DNA from: Octopus vulgaris
Taxonomy: Eukaryota
Length of the DNA: 64,000 nucleotides
Assembly (NCBI GenBank): GCA_951406725.2
Contig: OX597832.1
Span: forward strand, 43,834,001-43,898,000
Reading direction: 5' to 3'
The translations under genes were made by a program, and so were the position numbers. The notes below the pieces were generated by a model. The model saw nothing but the letters and a program-made list of their open reading frames with translations, was not told the DNA's origin and made no database searches. Below, in pieces: positions 15,461-28,335 of the stretch (positions within the stretch are counted from its first letter, which is position 1; the number at the start of each line of letters is the position of its first letter).

Positions 15461-15993
15461 CTAAATTCACTTGCCAGGCATTGGTCAGCCTAGAACTATA
15501 GCAGAAAACACTTCCCTAAGGTGCTGAGCTGTGGGACTGAACCCGAAACCAAGTGATTGTGAAGTGAGCTCCTAAACCACACAACCTTGCCAATAAAGTC
15601 AAGCACTCTTTCTATTTCATTTGTTTTTACTATTATTAATTAGTCTGTTAATTAACTAACCAATTAACTAATAGATTGCTTGATCAAGTCTGTTACGATA
15701 TATCATGTCTGAATTTGGATATATTGTAACAGTCTTGGAGCAATGTGAGAATGTTATTGACGAGAATGTAAATGGTGCCAAAAGAACTCTGATAAATGAA
15801 TTGATTGATTGATTAATTGATCAAATGATTAGTCAAACAATCACTTATTTAATTGGTTAATTAATTAACTATCTGGCAAATAATAATAATAATAATAATA
15901 ATATTACTACCCATGTATTTTAATTTAACTTTATTTCTATCAAAAAAAAAAAAATGAACGAACTAGTGAGTTTAGTTTAATGGCCTACCAATG

Positions 15994-16098
15994 TATACTA
16001 TGAGTTTCTTTGCCCTAGGAGTCGGGAAGACACTCGGCAAGAAATGGAAGCAAATTTGAAAGAAGAAGAAGAAGAAGAAAAAATAATAATAATAATAA
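15994..16098 (+). mobile_element. Short retroelement 3'-end repeat with (AAG)n(AAT)n tail
   Basis: TGCCCTAGGAGTCGGGAAGACACTCGGCAAGAAATGGAAGC. An inverted copy is at 30027-30122. Confidence 0.6.
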
Positions 16099-17053
16099 AA
16101 GGAAGTGAAATGGAACCTCTGTATGTGTGTGTGTGTTTTGTTGGCAAAATGAGCCCCCCTAAGATTATATCTCATTCTTTATTGAGAAATATATTCCAGT
16201 GGTTATACAAATGCTTCATAGTCTTTGCAGAGAAATTGTTAAATGTGTTACCCCAAAGACTGACAGGACAGACGTAATGAAAGATCCATTCTACATTGGA
16301 TCCATTCTAGGTGGAGCAAAATATGATTATTGTAGAGGAGGAGTAGGAAGAGGAGTTAATGTTGTTGGGTATCAGAGTATCTGATGATTGTGGTGGAGGA
16401 GGTGGAGTTGGTGATGATGAGAGGGGTGGAGCAAGTGATGATTATATGATTATGGTGGAGGAGGAGGAGGAGGAGGAGGAGGAGTTAGTGTTGTTGGGAT
16501 GGTGGAATATCTGATGGGTATGGCAGGGGAGGTGGAGACAGTGATAATGATTATGGTGCAAGTGGTGGCTGTAGTAAGGTGGGTGGAGTTAATGGTTATC
16601 ACATTTGTGTAAGTGGTGGTGGTATTTGTTGTAGGGGGAGGTAACTGAAAAAGAGTGGTACTGATGACGGCAATGACTGTGACAAAAACTACATTGATTC
16701 AGCAGCTGATGATGGTGATGATAGTAAAAGAGAAGTGAAGAGGAGAGAAAGTAGGAAGAGGAGGAGGAGGAGGAGGAGGAGGAGGAGGAAGAAGAGGAGG
16801 AAGAAAATGAGGATGACGATAACGACAACAACACAATAAAAACATAGAACAGAGGAGGACAATGCCATGGTACAAGATATGTAATAACAGCAAAGATAGG
16901 AAAAATAGCTCAACAAGAGATAAATATGAACTAATCTCAATCTTATAGCAAGAATGAAAAATCTCTGTCTTTTGTTCATTGTCAGACAGAAATCAAGAGT
17001 TATGAATGGTGAGAATCATATTATTATAGTTATTATTATTATTATTATTATTA

Positions 17054-17084
<31 letters not shown>

Positions 17085-17639
17085 GCTGTTGATGTTGTTG
17101 TTGTTATTTTTGATTTTGCTTTTTTTTTTTTACAAAATACATTTCTTCATGCTGGTTCTAAGAACATAATAAACATGGCACTCAAAGTCTGTGATTGATT
17201 AAGCTGAAGAAATATTCCAGGTACAATGGAGAAGCAGAAATACTGATAACTTATGTTGTAAACAACTCTCTACCAAAGGGTATACAACTGTACAAGAAAA
17301 TAAAACGGTTATTTCTGGAATCGGAGACAAAAGTACCTTGTTTGTCAGCTGAATTTGTATCAGCGATGGTCAGAGTAGCACAGTGGTTAATGTAGTGAGA
17401 TGTTAAGAAAACATGGATTTTTGGATTTCCACAGACTCTTCAGAGACATTTTTTTTTTCTTGTTTCTGCCTCCATGTTTTGTTTGAATTAAGTGAAATGA
17501 ATAAAATATGTTCTACGTTTAATAATTGTTTAGGCCTCAAAGAGTCAAAAGAACCAATTTTAATTTTAGAATAATTACATATACAAAATGGTAAGTATAA
17601 CACACATCGCATACACACAGATATATATATATATATATA

Positions 17640-17835
17640 TCATCATCATCATCATCATCATCGTTTAAAGTCCATTCTTCATGCTAGCATGGGTTGGACG
17701 GTTCGACCGGGGATCTGGGAAGCCAGAAGGCTGCACCAGGCTCCAGTCTTATCTGGCAATGTTTCTACAGCTGGATGCTCTTCCTAACGCCAACCACTCA
17801 ATGAGAGTAGTGGGTGCTTTTTACGTGCCACCTGC
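17640..17835 (-). mobile_element. Retroposon family D with (GAT)n tail
   Basis: On the minus strand it reads GTTGGCGTTAGGAAGAGCATCCAGC...CCCATGCTAGCATG...TTAAACGATGATG. Other copies are at 23136-23398 and 25700-26215. Confidence 0.8.
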
Positions 17836-17842
17836 ACATATA

Positions 17843-17879
<37 letters not shown>

Positions 17880-18071
17880 TGTAAACATTGTATATGTGTG
17901 TGTGTGTATATATATCATCATCATCATATATATATATATATATATAGATAGATAGATAGATATATATATATATATTAAGTCCTGGGGTCGATTTGCTCGA
18001 CTAAAGGCAGTGCTCCAGCATGGCCGCAGTCAAATGACTGAAACAAGTAAAAGAGTAAAAGAGAGATATAA

Positions 18072-18121
<50 letters not shown>

Positions 18122-18810
18122 ATGCATGTACCTTTGTGCCTCCGTTTGTCAAGCCGCCCACCGCTTCACAACAATGTTTGTTTGTTTATGCTCCTGTAAC
18201 TTAGCGGTTCAACAAGAGTAACTGATAGAATAAGTACTAGACATTAAAAAAAAAAAACAGAAAGAAACTTAAGCATCGGGGGGGGGGGGTGATTTGTATG
18301 ACTAAAGTCCAAAGATTGAGACAAGCGAAAGATGAATGATAAATACCCAACACTTGTCGGAACACAGACGCATCACATGATTTATACTCAATTTATATTA
18401 TAATTTATCTGACACGGAGTTAATTAATTTGCAGAAGATAAAATGTACCTATGGTTAAATTGAGAGTCAAATTTAATAACATCACCGATGTGCAAAGTTA
18501 GTATACACATGTTCACCTAGTTAGCAACATGTGCATTAGTTAATTGCTCCTGGCTGTTACTTCTTCTTAGTATATATATATATATATATATTTTTTTTTT
18601 TTGCAACTCTTGAATTAATATTTAGAATTAGATGCCATTTAATTTTGGTTTGAATAGAAAAGAAAAAAAAACCGATTCTGAAATGTTTTACAAGAAAAAT
18701 AAAACCATATATATATATGTATATGTATGTATATAATCATTGTACATATATGTGTGTGTATGTATATATATATACACATATATACATGTGTGCATGTATA
18801 TATATATATA

Positions 18811-18841
<31 letters not shown>

Positions 18842-18867
18842 CTTATATATTTTCTATATATATATAT

Positions 18868-18990
<123 letters not shown>

Positions 18991-19109
18991 CATAGCAGAC
19001 AAATATAAATTTTAATAAATATATGAACACGACATATAAGTGTGTGTATGTACATACACACACATATACACAAATGTATACATACAAACAATCACAGATA
19101 TATGCATGT

Positions 19110-19530
19110 GTGTCTGTGTGGCTCAGCAGTAAAGAAGTTAAGATGCTTTCTTCCCAACCACATGGTCTCAAGTTCAGTCCTGCTGTACAGCACCTTCTGC
19201 GCGGATGTGACAGACAGAAACTAAAAGACACCCATTGTTTTGTGCATACGTATGTATGTGTGTGTATACACACACACACACACACACGTACATATGTGTT
19301 TATGTGTACTTTTGTCTTGACTTTATTTGATGATTGTAAACAAGCATCACCTCAATACAAGCAGTGTTGTTCATTTCCAGTTTTCTGTTAAAAACACGTC
19401 TGGCTATGGAGAAACATTACCAAACTTGGAAACAAATAGCAGTTCACGACAGGGTGGGTATTTGGCTCAGAGAACTTGCCTCAGCAAATTCTGCCTGACT
19501 CGTATGAACATGGAAAATGGGCGTTAAATA
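19110..19530 (+). mobile_element. SINE family E (family-A head, different body, (GAT)n tail), old copy
   Basis: A degenerate family-A head, then CAAGCAGTG...CATTTCC...CCAAACTTGGAAAC...GCGTTAAA. Related to 38158-38525. Confidence 0.6.
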
Positions 19531-19896
19531 ATGATGATGATGATGATGATGATGACGATGGTGATGATGATGATGATAATGACGATGATGATGGTGATGA
19601 TGATGACGATGATGATGGTGATGATGACGATGATGATGGTGATGACGATGATGATGATGACGATGATGATGATGACGATGATGATGGTGATGATGATGAT
19701 GATGATGACGATGATGATGGTGATGATGACGATGACGATGGTGATGATGACGATGATGATGGTGATGATGATGATGACGATGGTGATGATGATGATGATG
19801 ATGATGATGGTGATGATGACGATGATAATGGTGATGATGATGACGATGATGGTGATGATGGTGATAATTATCAAAGTAGTAATGGTAGTTGTGGTG

Positions 19897-19939
<43 letters not shown>

Positions 19940-19950
19940 CAGGAGCAGTG

Positions 19951-20014
<64 letters not shown>

Positions 20015-20015
20015 C
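19531..20015. repeat. (GAT)n and (AGT)n microsatellites
   Basis: Direct reading. The GAT run extends from a SINE tail. Confidence 0.95.
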
Positions 20016-20486
20016 AATAGGCCTAACAATGTAGACCTTAAAAAATTATGGTTTTACTGTTTTAAAATTCTTTTAATTTCAGTGGCCATAAAATTTCCTT
20101 TTCAAAAAGATTTCCCAATCAACTGTTTACGTTGGAACCTGCAACTTGACTGAAATTTCAAATACAATATTGAAAAAAGCACCACGGTTTTTGTATTTAT
20201 TCTCCGGTAGTCTTACTAACCATTCTTTGGTTGACTAACTTTGATCTTAAATATTCAATTTTTATCAACGATATTATTAATGGTCAGCTGAATAAAACAA
20301 TTAAGTAATATTACATCAAAACATCTGGCATCATGTAACCCATAAACATTGAGGTTTATGAAGCATTTAGAAGCTTTGAGTTATACAATACACCAACAAG
20401 AACATTACACGAATATAGGAGAATGCCGAACAATTCAGAGAAAACGTGTAGCTTTAAGATATCTCAAATAGTAAAACTATAAATTA

Positions 20487-20978
20487 GGCGCAGGAGTGGC
20501 TGTGTGGTAAGTAGCTTGCTAACCAACCACATTGTTCCGGGTTCAATCCCACTGCGTAGCATCTTGGGCAAGTGTCTTCTGCTATAGCCCCGGGCCGACC
20601 AATGCCTTGTGAGCAGATTTGGTAGACGGAAACTGAAAGAAGCCTGTCGTATAGCACCACCAGGTGGTGCTATTAAGTTAGACATGGCCTGGGCCAATAA
20701 TGGCCAAAACCTATCAAAGTATCAAAGTATCAAAGTATATATGTATATATATATATATGTGTGTTTGTGTGTCTGAGTTTGTTCCCCTAGCATTGCTTGA
20801 CAACCGATGCTGGTGTGTTTACGTCCCTGTCACTTAGCGGTTCGGCAAAAAGAGACCGATAGAATAAGTACTGGGCTTACAAAAAGAATAAGTCCCGGGG
20901 TTGAGTTGCTCGACTAAAGGCGGTGCTCCAGTATGGCCGCAGTCAAATGACTGAAACAAGTAAAAGAGTAAAAAGAGT
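20487..20978 (+). mobile_element. SINE family A with a nested ~85-bp insertion
   Basis: A family-A copy with an extra segment at 20652-20737, ending in (TATCAAAG)3, inside its (TA)n. Confidence 0.88.
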
Positions 20979-21038
20979 ATGTATATCATCATCATCATCA
21001 TTTAACCATAGGTCTGATGGTCAGGGGTTGCGTCAGTA

Positions 21039-21458
21039 AGGTGGCGAACTGGCAGAACCGTTAGCACGCCGGGCGAAATGCGTAGCCATATTTCGTCTGC
21101 CGCTACATTCTGAGTTCAAATTCCGCCGAGGTCGACTTTGCCTTTCATCCTTTCGGGGTTGATTAAATAAGTACCAGTTACGCACTGGGGGTCGATGTAA
21201 TCGACTTAATCCATTTGTCTGTCCTTGTTTGTTCCTTCTGTGTTTAGCCCCTTGTTGGGTAGTAAAGAAATAGGCATTTCATCTGCTGCTACGTTTTGAG
21301 TTCAAATTCCGCCGAGGTCAACTTTGCCTTTCATCCTTTCTGGGTCGATTAAATAAGTACCAGTTACGCACTGGGGGTCAATGTAATTGACTTAATCCGT
21401 TTGTCCGTCCTTGTTTGTCTCCTCTGTGTTTAACCCCTTGTTGGGTAGTAAAGAAATA
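21039..21458 (+). mobile_element. SINE family B, 2 units
   Basis: Head plus two ~185-bp units. Confidence 0.9.
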
Positions 21459-21532
21459 CGCTGCATCAGATTCCATAACCTGTTTTAGCTTTGTTTCTAT
21501 GGCTGGATGCCCGTCCTAATGTCAGCCACTTT

Positions 21533-21949
21533 ACTTTACTTGTACTTGTGACGGCGTTCACCCAGGGCAGGTTGAGCTGGCTTCTTCTCTGGTCCTAACG
21601 GCATCACGAACCATGGCGGCCCATGCTCGACGATCCCGTGCGAGGTCACTGGAGATAGCGAGCCATCCGCGGTTCCATCTGTGCAGACTGGCCACCTGCA
21701 GACCTGAGGGTTTGGAGAGGTCGTCCTTTATCGTAGTTGTCCGGGTCTTCAGCTGCCCGCCCACGCGTTTGCGCTGGTTGGGGAGTGGAGGTAGGAGGAG
21801 GACATCGCGAATCAGCTCACCCTCTGGACGCAGGGCTGCATGACCGAACCACCTTAAGCGCCGTTGTAGAAGCACCGAAGGGAGGGGCCGGAGATTTAGG
21901 TGATAACGAAGACTGGCTGTAGGAACCCGATCAATGCGTTGGCACTTTA
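21533..21949 (-). mobile_element. Young, GC-rich, 5'-truncated RTE-clade LINE
   Basis: The open frame reads LLQRRLRWFGHAALRPEGELIRDVLL...RKRVGGQLKT...LARDRRAWAAMVRD. The tail is CAAGTACAAGTAAAGT and the TSD CAGCCACTTT is at 21523-21532 and 21950-21959. Confidence 0.9.
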
Positions 21950-22061
21950 CAGCCACTTTGCAAGACTGTACTGGGTGCTTTTTACATGGCACCAGCACAC
22001 ACACCAATGGTTTTAGGATCTCAATTCTATTGCAATGGGTGGATTTTTTTGAGTACAACAC

Positions 22062-22790
22062 ATGTATGTATTTCATTTTTCAGTTTTGCTTCGAGATTTC
22101 TTATCAATAGAAAAAGAGTCAGTTTCTAACCTAGATCCAAGACTCTCCATTGGAATTTCAACAACATCAACAGGTTATGTATGTATGTATGTAGGTGTGT
22201 GTGTGTGTGTATGTATGTATGCATGTGTGTATGTATGTATGTATGTATGTATGTAACTATGTATGTATGTATGTATGTATGTATGTATGTAGGTGTGTGT
22301 GTGTGTATGTATGTATGTGTGTGTATGTATGTATGTATGTATGTATGTGTGTATGTATGTATGTATGTATTTATGTATGTATGTATGTATGTATGTGTGT
22401 ATGTATGTATGTATCTATGTATGTATGTATGTATGTGTGTATGTATGTATGTATGTATGTATGCATGCATGTATGTATACGTGCAGATTTGTATGTTTTG
22501 TTTTATGTATGTATTCTCATGCATATAGTTATATATCTAGACAAGCTCATATATACTTAAATGATAAACTTTTGGAAAGTTTTACAGATTTTTACAGTTC
22601 CAGTGATGGGTTGGATCTGTAGTTTATGAACCAGCTTTTTCCTTTCTAGTTTTGAGAAGCCTTTCTAGTTTTGAGATTGGTATTCAGGGAGTGTGTTATA
22701 TATCCCAGGAACCCAATAATTACAGGTATAAACCTGAACTTGTAATCTGGAGAGAGAGTAACCACAGATTTCTCAATAGTTCAGCGTAGG
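22062..22790 (-). mobile_element. RLE-type non-LTR retrotransposon 3' end with (CATA)n in its 3' UTR
   Basis: With frameshifts it reads YAELLRNLWLL/PDYKFRFIPVIIGFLGYITHSLNTNL/GFSKLERKKLVHKLQIQPITGTVKICKTFQKFII*. It is flanked by TATG repeats. Confidence 0.75.
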
Positions 22791-22847
22791 TGCATGCATG
22801 CATGTATGTATGTATGTATGTATGTATGTATGTATGTATGTATGTAT

Positions 22848-22884
<37 letters not shown>

Positions 22885-22885
<1 letters not shown>

Positions 22886-23104
22886 TTTATTTTAAGCAGC
22901 AGAAAATTCAACAAAATCTGTTACTCTGAGTTTCTCGTTGCCGTTCATCAGACAGTTTCAAAAACTGTCTGATGAACGGCAACGAGAAACTCAGAGTAAC
23001 AGATTTTGTTGAATTTTCTGCTGCTTAAAATAAAGCATATTACTCTACCACTGGTATTTGAGTACTCTTTTTTCCACCTTGTTTCACATTTATGTGTTTA
23101 CTCC

Positions 23105-23106
<2 letters not shown>
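22885..23106 (+). mobile_element. Penelope-like pseudo-LTR fold-back element between (TA)n tracts
   Basis: Perfect 74-bp inverted arms (22885-22958 / 22962-23035) plus a 3' extension. A related copy is at 40768-40920. Confidence 0.8.
22961..23007 (+). ncRNA. Minimal type I hammerhead ribozyme motif (mirror copy on the minus strand at ~22913-22958)
   Basis: AAAACTGT-CTGATGA-ACG GCAA CGA-GAAA-CTC A GAG-TA-ACAGATTTT. Stem I is CTGT/ACAG, the core is canonical, stem III is near-palindromic and the cleavage triplet GUA is at 22996-22998. Confidence 0.75.
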
Positions 23107-23135
<29 letters not shown>

Positions 23136-23138
<3 letters not shown>

Positions 23139-23398
23139 AAGACCTGTTGAGGCAAGTGAAATTGAAATCGATCAAAAATCAATGGAAATTGCAGCTGTGA
23201 TACCAGTGCCGGTGGCATGTAAAAAGCACCCACTACACTCACGGAGTGGTTGGCGTTAGGAAGGGCATCCAGCCGTAGAAACACTGCCAGATCAGACTGG
23301 GCCTGGTGCAGCCTTCTGGCTTCCCAGACCCCAGTCGAACCGTCCAACCCATGCTAGCATGGAAAGCGGACGATAAACGATGATGATGGTGATGATGA
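23136..23398 (+). mobile_element. Retroposon family D
   Basis: GTGCCGGTGGCATGTAAAAAGCACC...GGAAGGGCATCCAGCC...AAACGATGATG. Confidence 0.8.
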
Positions 23399-23497
23399 TA
23401 TATGCAGTTTTTATTATTAATTATGATTTACACTTGGTTGTAAAACAGAGACTAGAAAAATTTTTCAATCCCATGCCAGCATAGAAAATCAGACATA

Positions 23498-23910
23498 AGG
23501 AGTGGCTGTGTGGTAAGTAGCTTGCTAACCAACCACATGGTTCCAGGTTCAGTCCCACTGCGTGGCATCTTGGGCAAGTGTCTTCTGCTATAGCCCTGGG
23601 CCGACCAAAGCCTTGTGAGTGAATTTGGTAGACGGAAACTGAAAGAAGCCTGTCGTATATATGTATATATATGTATGTATGTGTGTGTGTTTGTGTGTCT
23701 GTGTTTGTTCCCCTAGCATTGCTTGACAACCGATGCTGGTGTGTTTACGTCCCTGTCACTTAGCGGGTTCGGCAAAAAGAGACCGATAGAATAAGTACTG
23801 GGCTTACAAAAAGAATAAGTCCTGGGGTCGAGTTGCTCGACTAAAGGCGGTGCTCCAGCATGGCCACAGTCAAATGACTGAAACAAGTAAAAGAGTAAAA
23901 GAGTAAGAGT
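23498..23910 (+). mobile_element. SINE family A
   Basis: Full-length match. Confidence 0.9.
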
Positions 23911-24440
23911 ATAAAAATGATAACAACGCAATAGTCATTCATTTATTTTATGTCCTTTTTATCCATGCTAGCATGGGTTAGATGAATTGCATATTACTGT
24001 AGCATTGTTTTACAGTTGGATGCCCTTGATGAAGTCTGTTTTACAGCTGGATTCCTTTACCTGTTTTTTCTAGTAAGGAATTTTTCTTTTATTTCACGCA
24101 TCTTTGAAAGCAGAAAGCTAACAGATAATTTCTTCATAGGGAACGTTAGCAAACTTCACTACTTGTAGCTTATTTTTTTACGCAGGCACAGAATGAAAAT
24201 ATTCAACCGACAAACACACATGCATGTACACAGGTACACACACACACACAAACACACACATACACACACACAAATGTACACACATATTTATAAAGGCCTT
24301 TCTCCGCACTTTTCTTTAGTGTGTGTGTATCTAGTGAAAGAAGCCTGTCATGTATACATGTGCGTGTGTGATTTTGTGAGTGTGCATGCGTGTGTGGATG
24401 TATAAAGTTTATTTCTCATCACTGCTCCACACTGCTACAT

Positions 24441-24477
<37 letters not shown>

Positions 24478-24674
24478 TGTGTGTGTGTGTGTGTGCGCGC
24501 GCATGCAAGTGTGTACGTTTGTGTCTGTTACTTGATTGGTTACTTATTTCATTGACTCCAAAAGCATGGAAGGCAAAGTTGACCTCAGCAGAATTTGATC
24601 TCAGAACATAAAACTGGAAGAAATGATGATAAGCATTTTGTTTGGGGTGGGATAATGATTCTGGTAGCCTACTG

Positions 24675-25232
24675 GAGGAGGAGAAGTAGGAGAAGAAGAA
24701 GAAGAAGAAGAAGAAGAAGAAGAAGAAGAAGAAGAAGAAGAAGAAGAAGAAGAAATGGAAGAAGACGAAGAAGAAATGGAAGAAGAAGAAGAGGGGGAGG
24801 AGGAGAAATAGAAGAAGAAGAAGAAGAAGAAGAAGAAGAAGAAGAAATGGAAGAAGACGAAGAAGAAATGGAAGAAGAAGAAGAGGGGGAGGAGGAGAAA
24901 TAGAAGAAGAAGAAGAAGAAGAAGAAGAAGAAGAAAAAGAAGAAGAAATGGAAGAAGAAGAAGAAGAAGAAGAAATGGAAGAAGAAGAAGAAGAAATGGA
25001 AGAAGAAGAAGAAGAAGAGGGGAGGAGGAGAAATAGAAGAAGAAGAAGAAGAAGAAGAAGAAGAAGGAGGAGGAGGAGAAATAGAAGAAGAAGAAGAAGA
25101 AGAAGAAGAAGAAAAAGAAGAAGAAGAAGAAGAGGGGGAGGAGGAGAAATAGAAGAAGAAGAAGAAGAAGAAGAAGAAGAAGAAGAAGAAGAAGAAGAAG
25201 AAGAAGAAGAACAGCAGTAGCAGCAGCAGCAG
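24675..25232. repeat. (GAA)n compound microsatellite
   Basis: Polypurine tract with a recurring GAGGGGGAGGAGGAGAAATA higher-order unit. Confidence 0.95.
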
Positions 25233-25239
25233 GAGAAGG

Positions 25240-25700
25240 GTAGGACAGTATTTACATTGGAAAATATGTAAACACTACAAAATGAGTACTCTGGCTTACT
25301 GGTATGAACATCATCCTGTGCCAGTCGTTAAAGGTAAAAATCTCACTATTCTCTGGGATTTTCCAGTTAACACTGACAGAACAATCCAGGATAATTGACC
25401 AGACATAGTCATTAAAGACAGGGAAGAAAAAATACTCGTAGACTAATAGATCTAAGTGTTCCTACAGCAAAAAACATACCTGTAAAGGAATTTGATAAAT
25501 AAAGTAAATATAAGGACCTGGAAATTGAAATACAAAAGATGTGGCATCTTAGAAGTGAGAATTGTTCCTGTTATTTTAGGTGCCCTAGGTATGATAGAAA
25601 AGTGATATCATCCCAGGAGAACCATGTCTCAGAGATATCCAAAAGATTGTGCCCACATACATAGAAAAACCCTAGCCATTTAAATGTCTGTGTTGTATTC
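25240..25700 (+). mobile_element. Dong/R4-like RLE retrotransposon fragment
   Basis: VGQYLHWKICKHYK...WYEHHP.PVV.GKNLTILWDFPVNTDRTIQDN*PDIVIKD...LIDLSVP...KYKDLEIEIQKMWHL..EIVPVILGALG, a PD..D endonuclease motif with stops. Confidence 0.9.
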
Positions 25701-26215
25701 ATCATCATCATCATCATCATCATTTAACGTCTGTTTTCCATGCTAGCATGGTTGGATGGTTCGACCGGGGATCAGGGAAGCCAGAAGCCTGCACGAGGCT
25801 CCAGTCTGATCTGGCAGTGTTTCTATAGCTGGATGCCCTTCCTAACACGTCAACCACTCCGAGAATGTAGTGGGTGCTTTTTACGTGCCACCGGCACAGG
25901 TGCCAGGCGAGGCTGGCAAACGGCCACGATCAGATTGGTGCTTTTTATGTGCCACCGGCACGGAAGCCAGTCAAGGCAGCACTGGCATCGGCCACGTTCA
26001 GATGGTGCTTTTTACGTGTCACCGGCACGGAAGCCAGTCAAGGCGGCGCTGGCATCAGCCACGTTCGGATGGTGCTTTTTATGTGCCACCGACACTGAAG
26101 CCAGTCAAGGCAGCGCTGGCAATGGCCACATTCAGATGGTGCTTTTTATGTGTCACCGGCACGGAAGCCAGTCAAGGCGGCGCTGGCATCGGCCACGTTC
26201 GGATGGTGTTTTTTT
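25700..26215 (-). mobile_element. Retroposon family D with an internal 67-bp tandem array (~5 units)
   Basis: GGTGCTTTTT(A) recurs at 25873, 25937, 26004, 26071 and 26138, with a variant at 26205. Confidence 0.85.
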
Positions 26216-26484
26216 TACATGAAGATATTAAAGAGAAAAGAAAAATACATCGTGGTGGTCAAATTTGGAATGTCAGTCAAATGATCAAAATACATAGAAA
26301 ATTTAGATAAAAGAGATGGGTACATTGGAGCTAAGCAACAATTAATAGCACCAGAAAAGCCACAGCTGTTGTTGTTGTTGTTGTTGGTACATTATATAAT
26401 TTAAGTATCACTGGAAATTGACTTTTAAATTGATGCTAAAAATGGTATTTCAGTGATATTGGATAATATTAAACATACACACAC

Positions 26485-26876
26485 ATGTATGCATGTGGGT
26501 GTCTGTGTATGAATATATGTATGTATGTATGTATGTATGTGAGTATGTATGTATGTATGTATGTATGTATGTGTGTATGTGTGTGTGTGTGTATGAATGT
26601 ATGTATGTATGTATGTATGTATGCGTGTGTGTGTGTATGTATGTATGTGTGTGTATGTATGTATGTGTGTGTATGTATGTATCTGTGTGTGTATGTATGT
26701 ATGTATATGTGTGTGTATGTATGTATGTGTGTGTGTATGTATGTATGTATATGTGTGTGTGTGTATGTATGTATGTGTGTGTGTATGTATATATGTATGT
26801 ATGTATGTATGGATGGATGGATAGATGTATGTATGTATGTATGTGTATGTATGTATGCATGTGTGTGTGTGCATGT

Positions 26877-26916
<40 letters not shown>

Positions 26917-27381
26917 ATGAATGTATATATGTATGAATGTATGTATGTATTTATGTATGGATGGATGGATGGAAAGATGCATGTATGTATGTATGTACGT
27001 ACGAATGTATGTACGTACGTATGTACGTATGTACGTACGTACAGAAGATAAAGACAAAGAGAGTGGTGAAAGAGTAAAAAGACTTTCTAAATTAACAAAG
27101 TGAAAGTTAGATTACTGCTGGCTAAAATTCTAGAATTTCTGTGAATAATGGTCTCTAAATTGTTGCAGGAATATCTCACTTTTATGTTGGAAAAATATTC
27201 CCTAATATATTGAGTGTGGCATTATTTTCTTTGGCACTTTTGATTTTTGGCTTCTACTGCTTATTATCAGATGCACACCTTGCAAAGGTATATCTGTATG
27301 GCATACCTGTGTCTGAAAGTGTGTACTTATATATGTGTGTACGTACATATATATACATAAGTACATACATACATACATACA

Positions 27382-27415
<34 letters not shown>

Positions 27416-27561
27416 CATACATACACACATGCATAAATATATACATACGTATATGGTGTGTGTGTGTGCGTGTGTATATATATACACACATATAAGCATA
27501 CAAATACATATGTATATTTGCATACATACATATATATTCATGCATATATTTACATATCTGC

Positions 27562-27598
<37 letters not shown>

Positions 27599-27679
27599 TA
27601 TACATACATACATACATACACGTATGTATGTACTTATGTACATACATACACATATGCATAAATATATGCACATGTATAT

Positions 27680-27715
<36 letters not shown>

Positions 27716-27781
27716 CACACACACATGTACACATGTATATTTGCATACATACATATACATTCATGCATATATTTACATATC

Positions 27782-27824
<43 letters not shown>

Positions 27825-28060
27825 TCATGCATACATGCATACATACATACATACATAAATGTAGATACATGTATGTATATAAACATACATAGACACATAT
27901 ATACACATACATGCGTATCTATATTCACCTGCGCGTTCACACAAGAACAGAAGAGAGAAAAAGAAAGAGAGAGAGAGAGAGAGAAAGAGACATATACATG
28001 TATATATATGTGTGTATGTGTCTTTGTGTGTTTATACTCCCCCTCTCTCTCTCTCTCTCT
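26485..28060. repeat. (TATG)n/(CATA)n/(TG)n compound microsatellites with a local duplication
   Basis: Direct reading. 27410-27600 is repeated at about 27640-27830. Confidence 0.85.
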
Positions 28061-28290
28061 CTTTCTCTTTCTCTTTGTGCGTATGAATACTTCTGCACAG
28101 GTGTATATAGAAGTATGTGTATACGCATACATGTACTTACCTACCGTGAGGTTAGATTTATCGGGAATTGTGTTACAGAGACAAATAACTATGTAAGCAA
28201 AATACACTTGCACACACAGGAAAACAGGTAAAATAAGTAGGTAGGAAAATATGTTTGCGTGTGTAATATGTATGTGTAAGTATATATGCT

Positions 28291-28335
<45 letters not shown>

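Noticed and set aside
17195-17395. 66-aa plus-strand ORF of ordinary composition (also 50941-51321)
   Set aside because: No recognisable homology or consistent splice sites.
25873-26215. CRISPR-like regularly spaced repeats (also the 184-bp arrays)
   Set aside because: The intervening sequences are copies of each other rather than unique spacers. There are no cas genes and the context is eukaryotic.
27168-27287. Plus-strand hydrophobic exon (GISHFYVGK...FGFYCLLSDAHLAK) with AG/GT boundaries
   Set aside because: The splice signals are weak, there are no partner exons or family similarity, and T-rich DNA often translates as hydrophobic.
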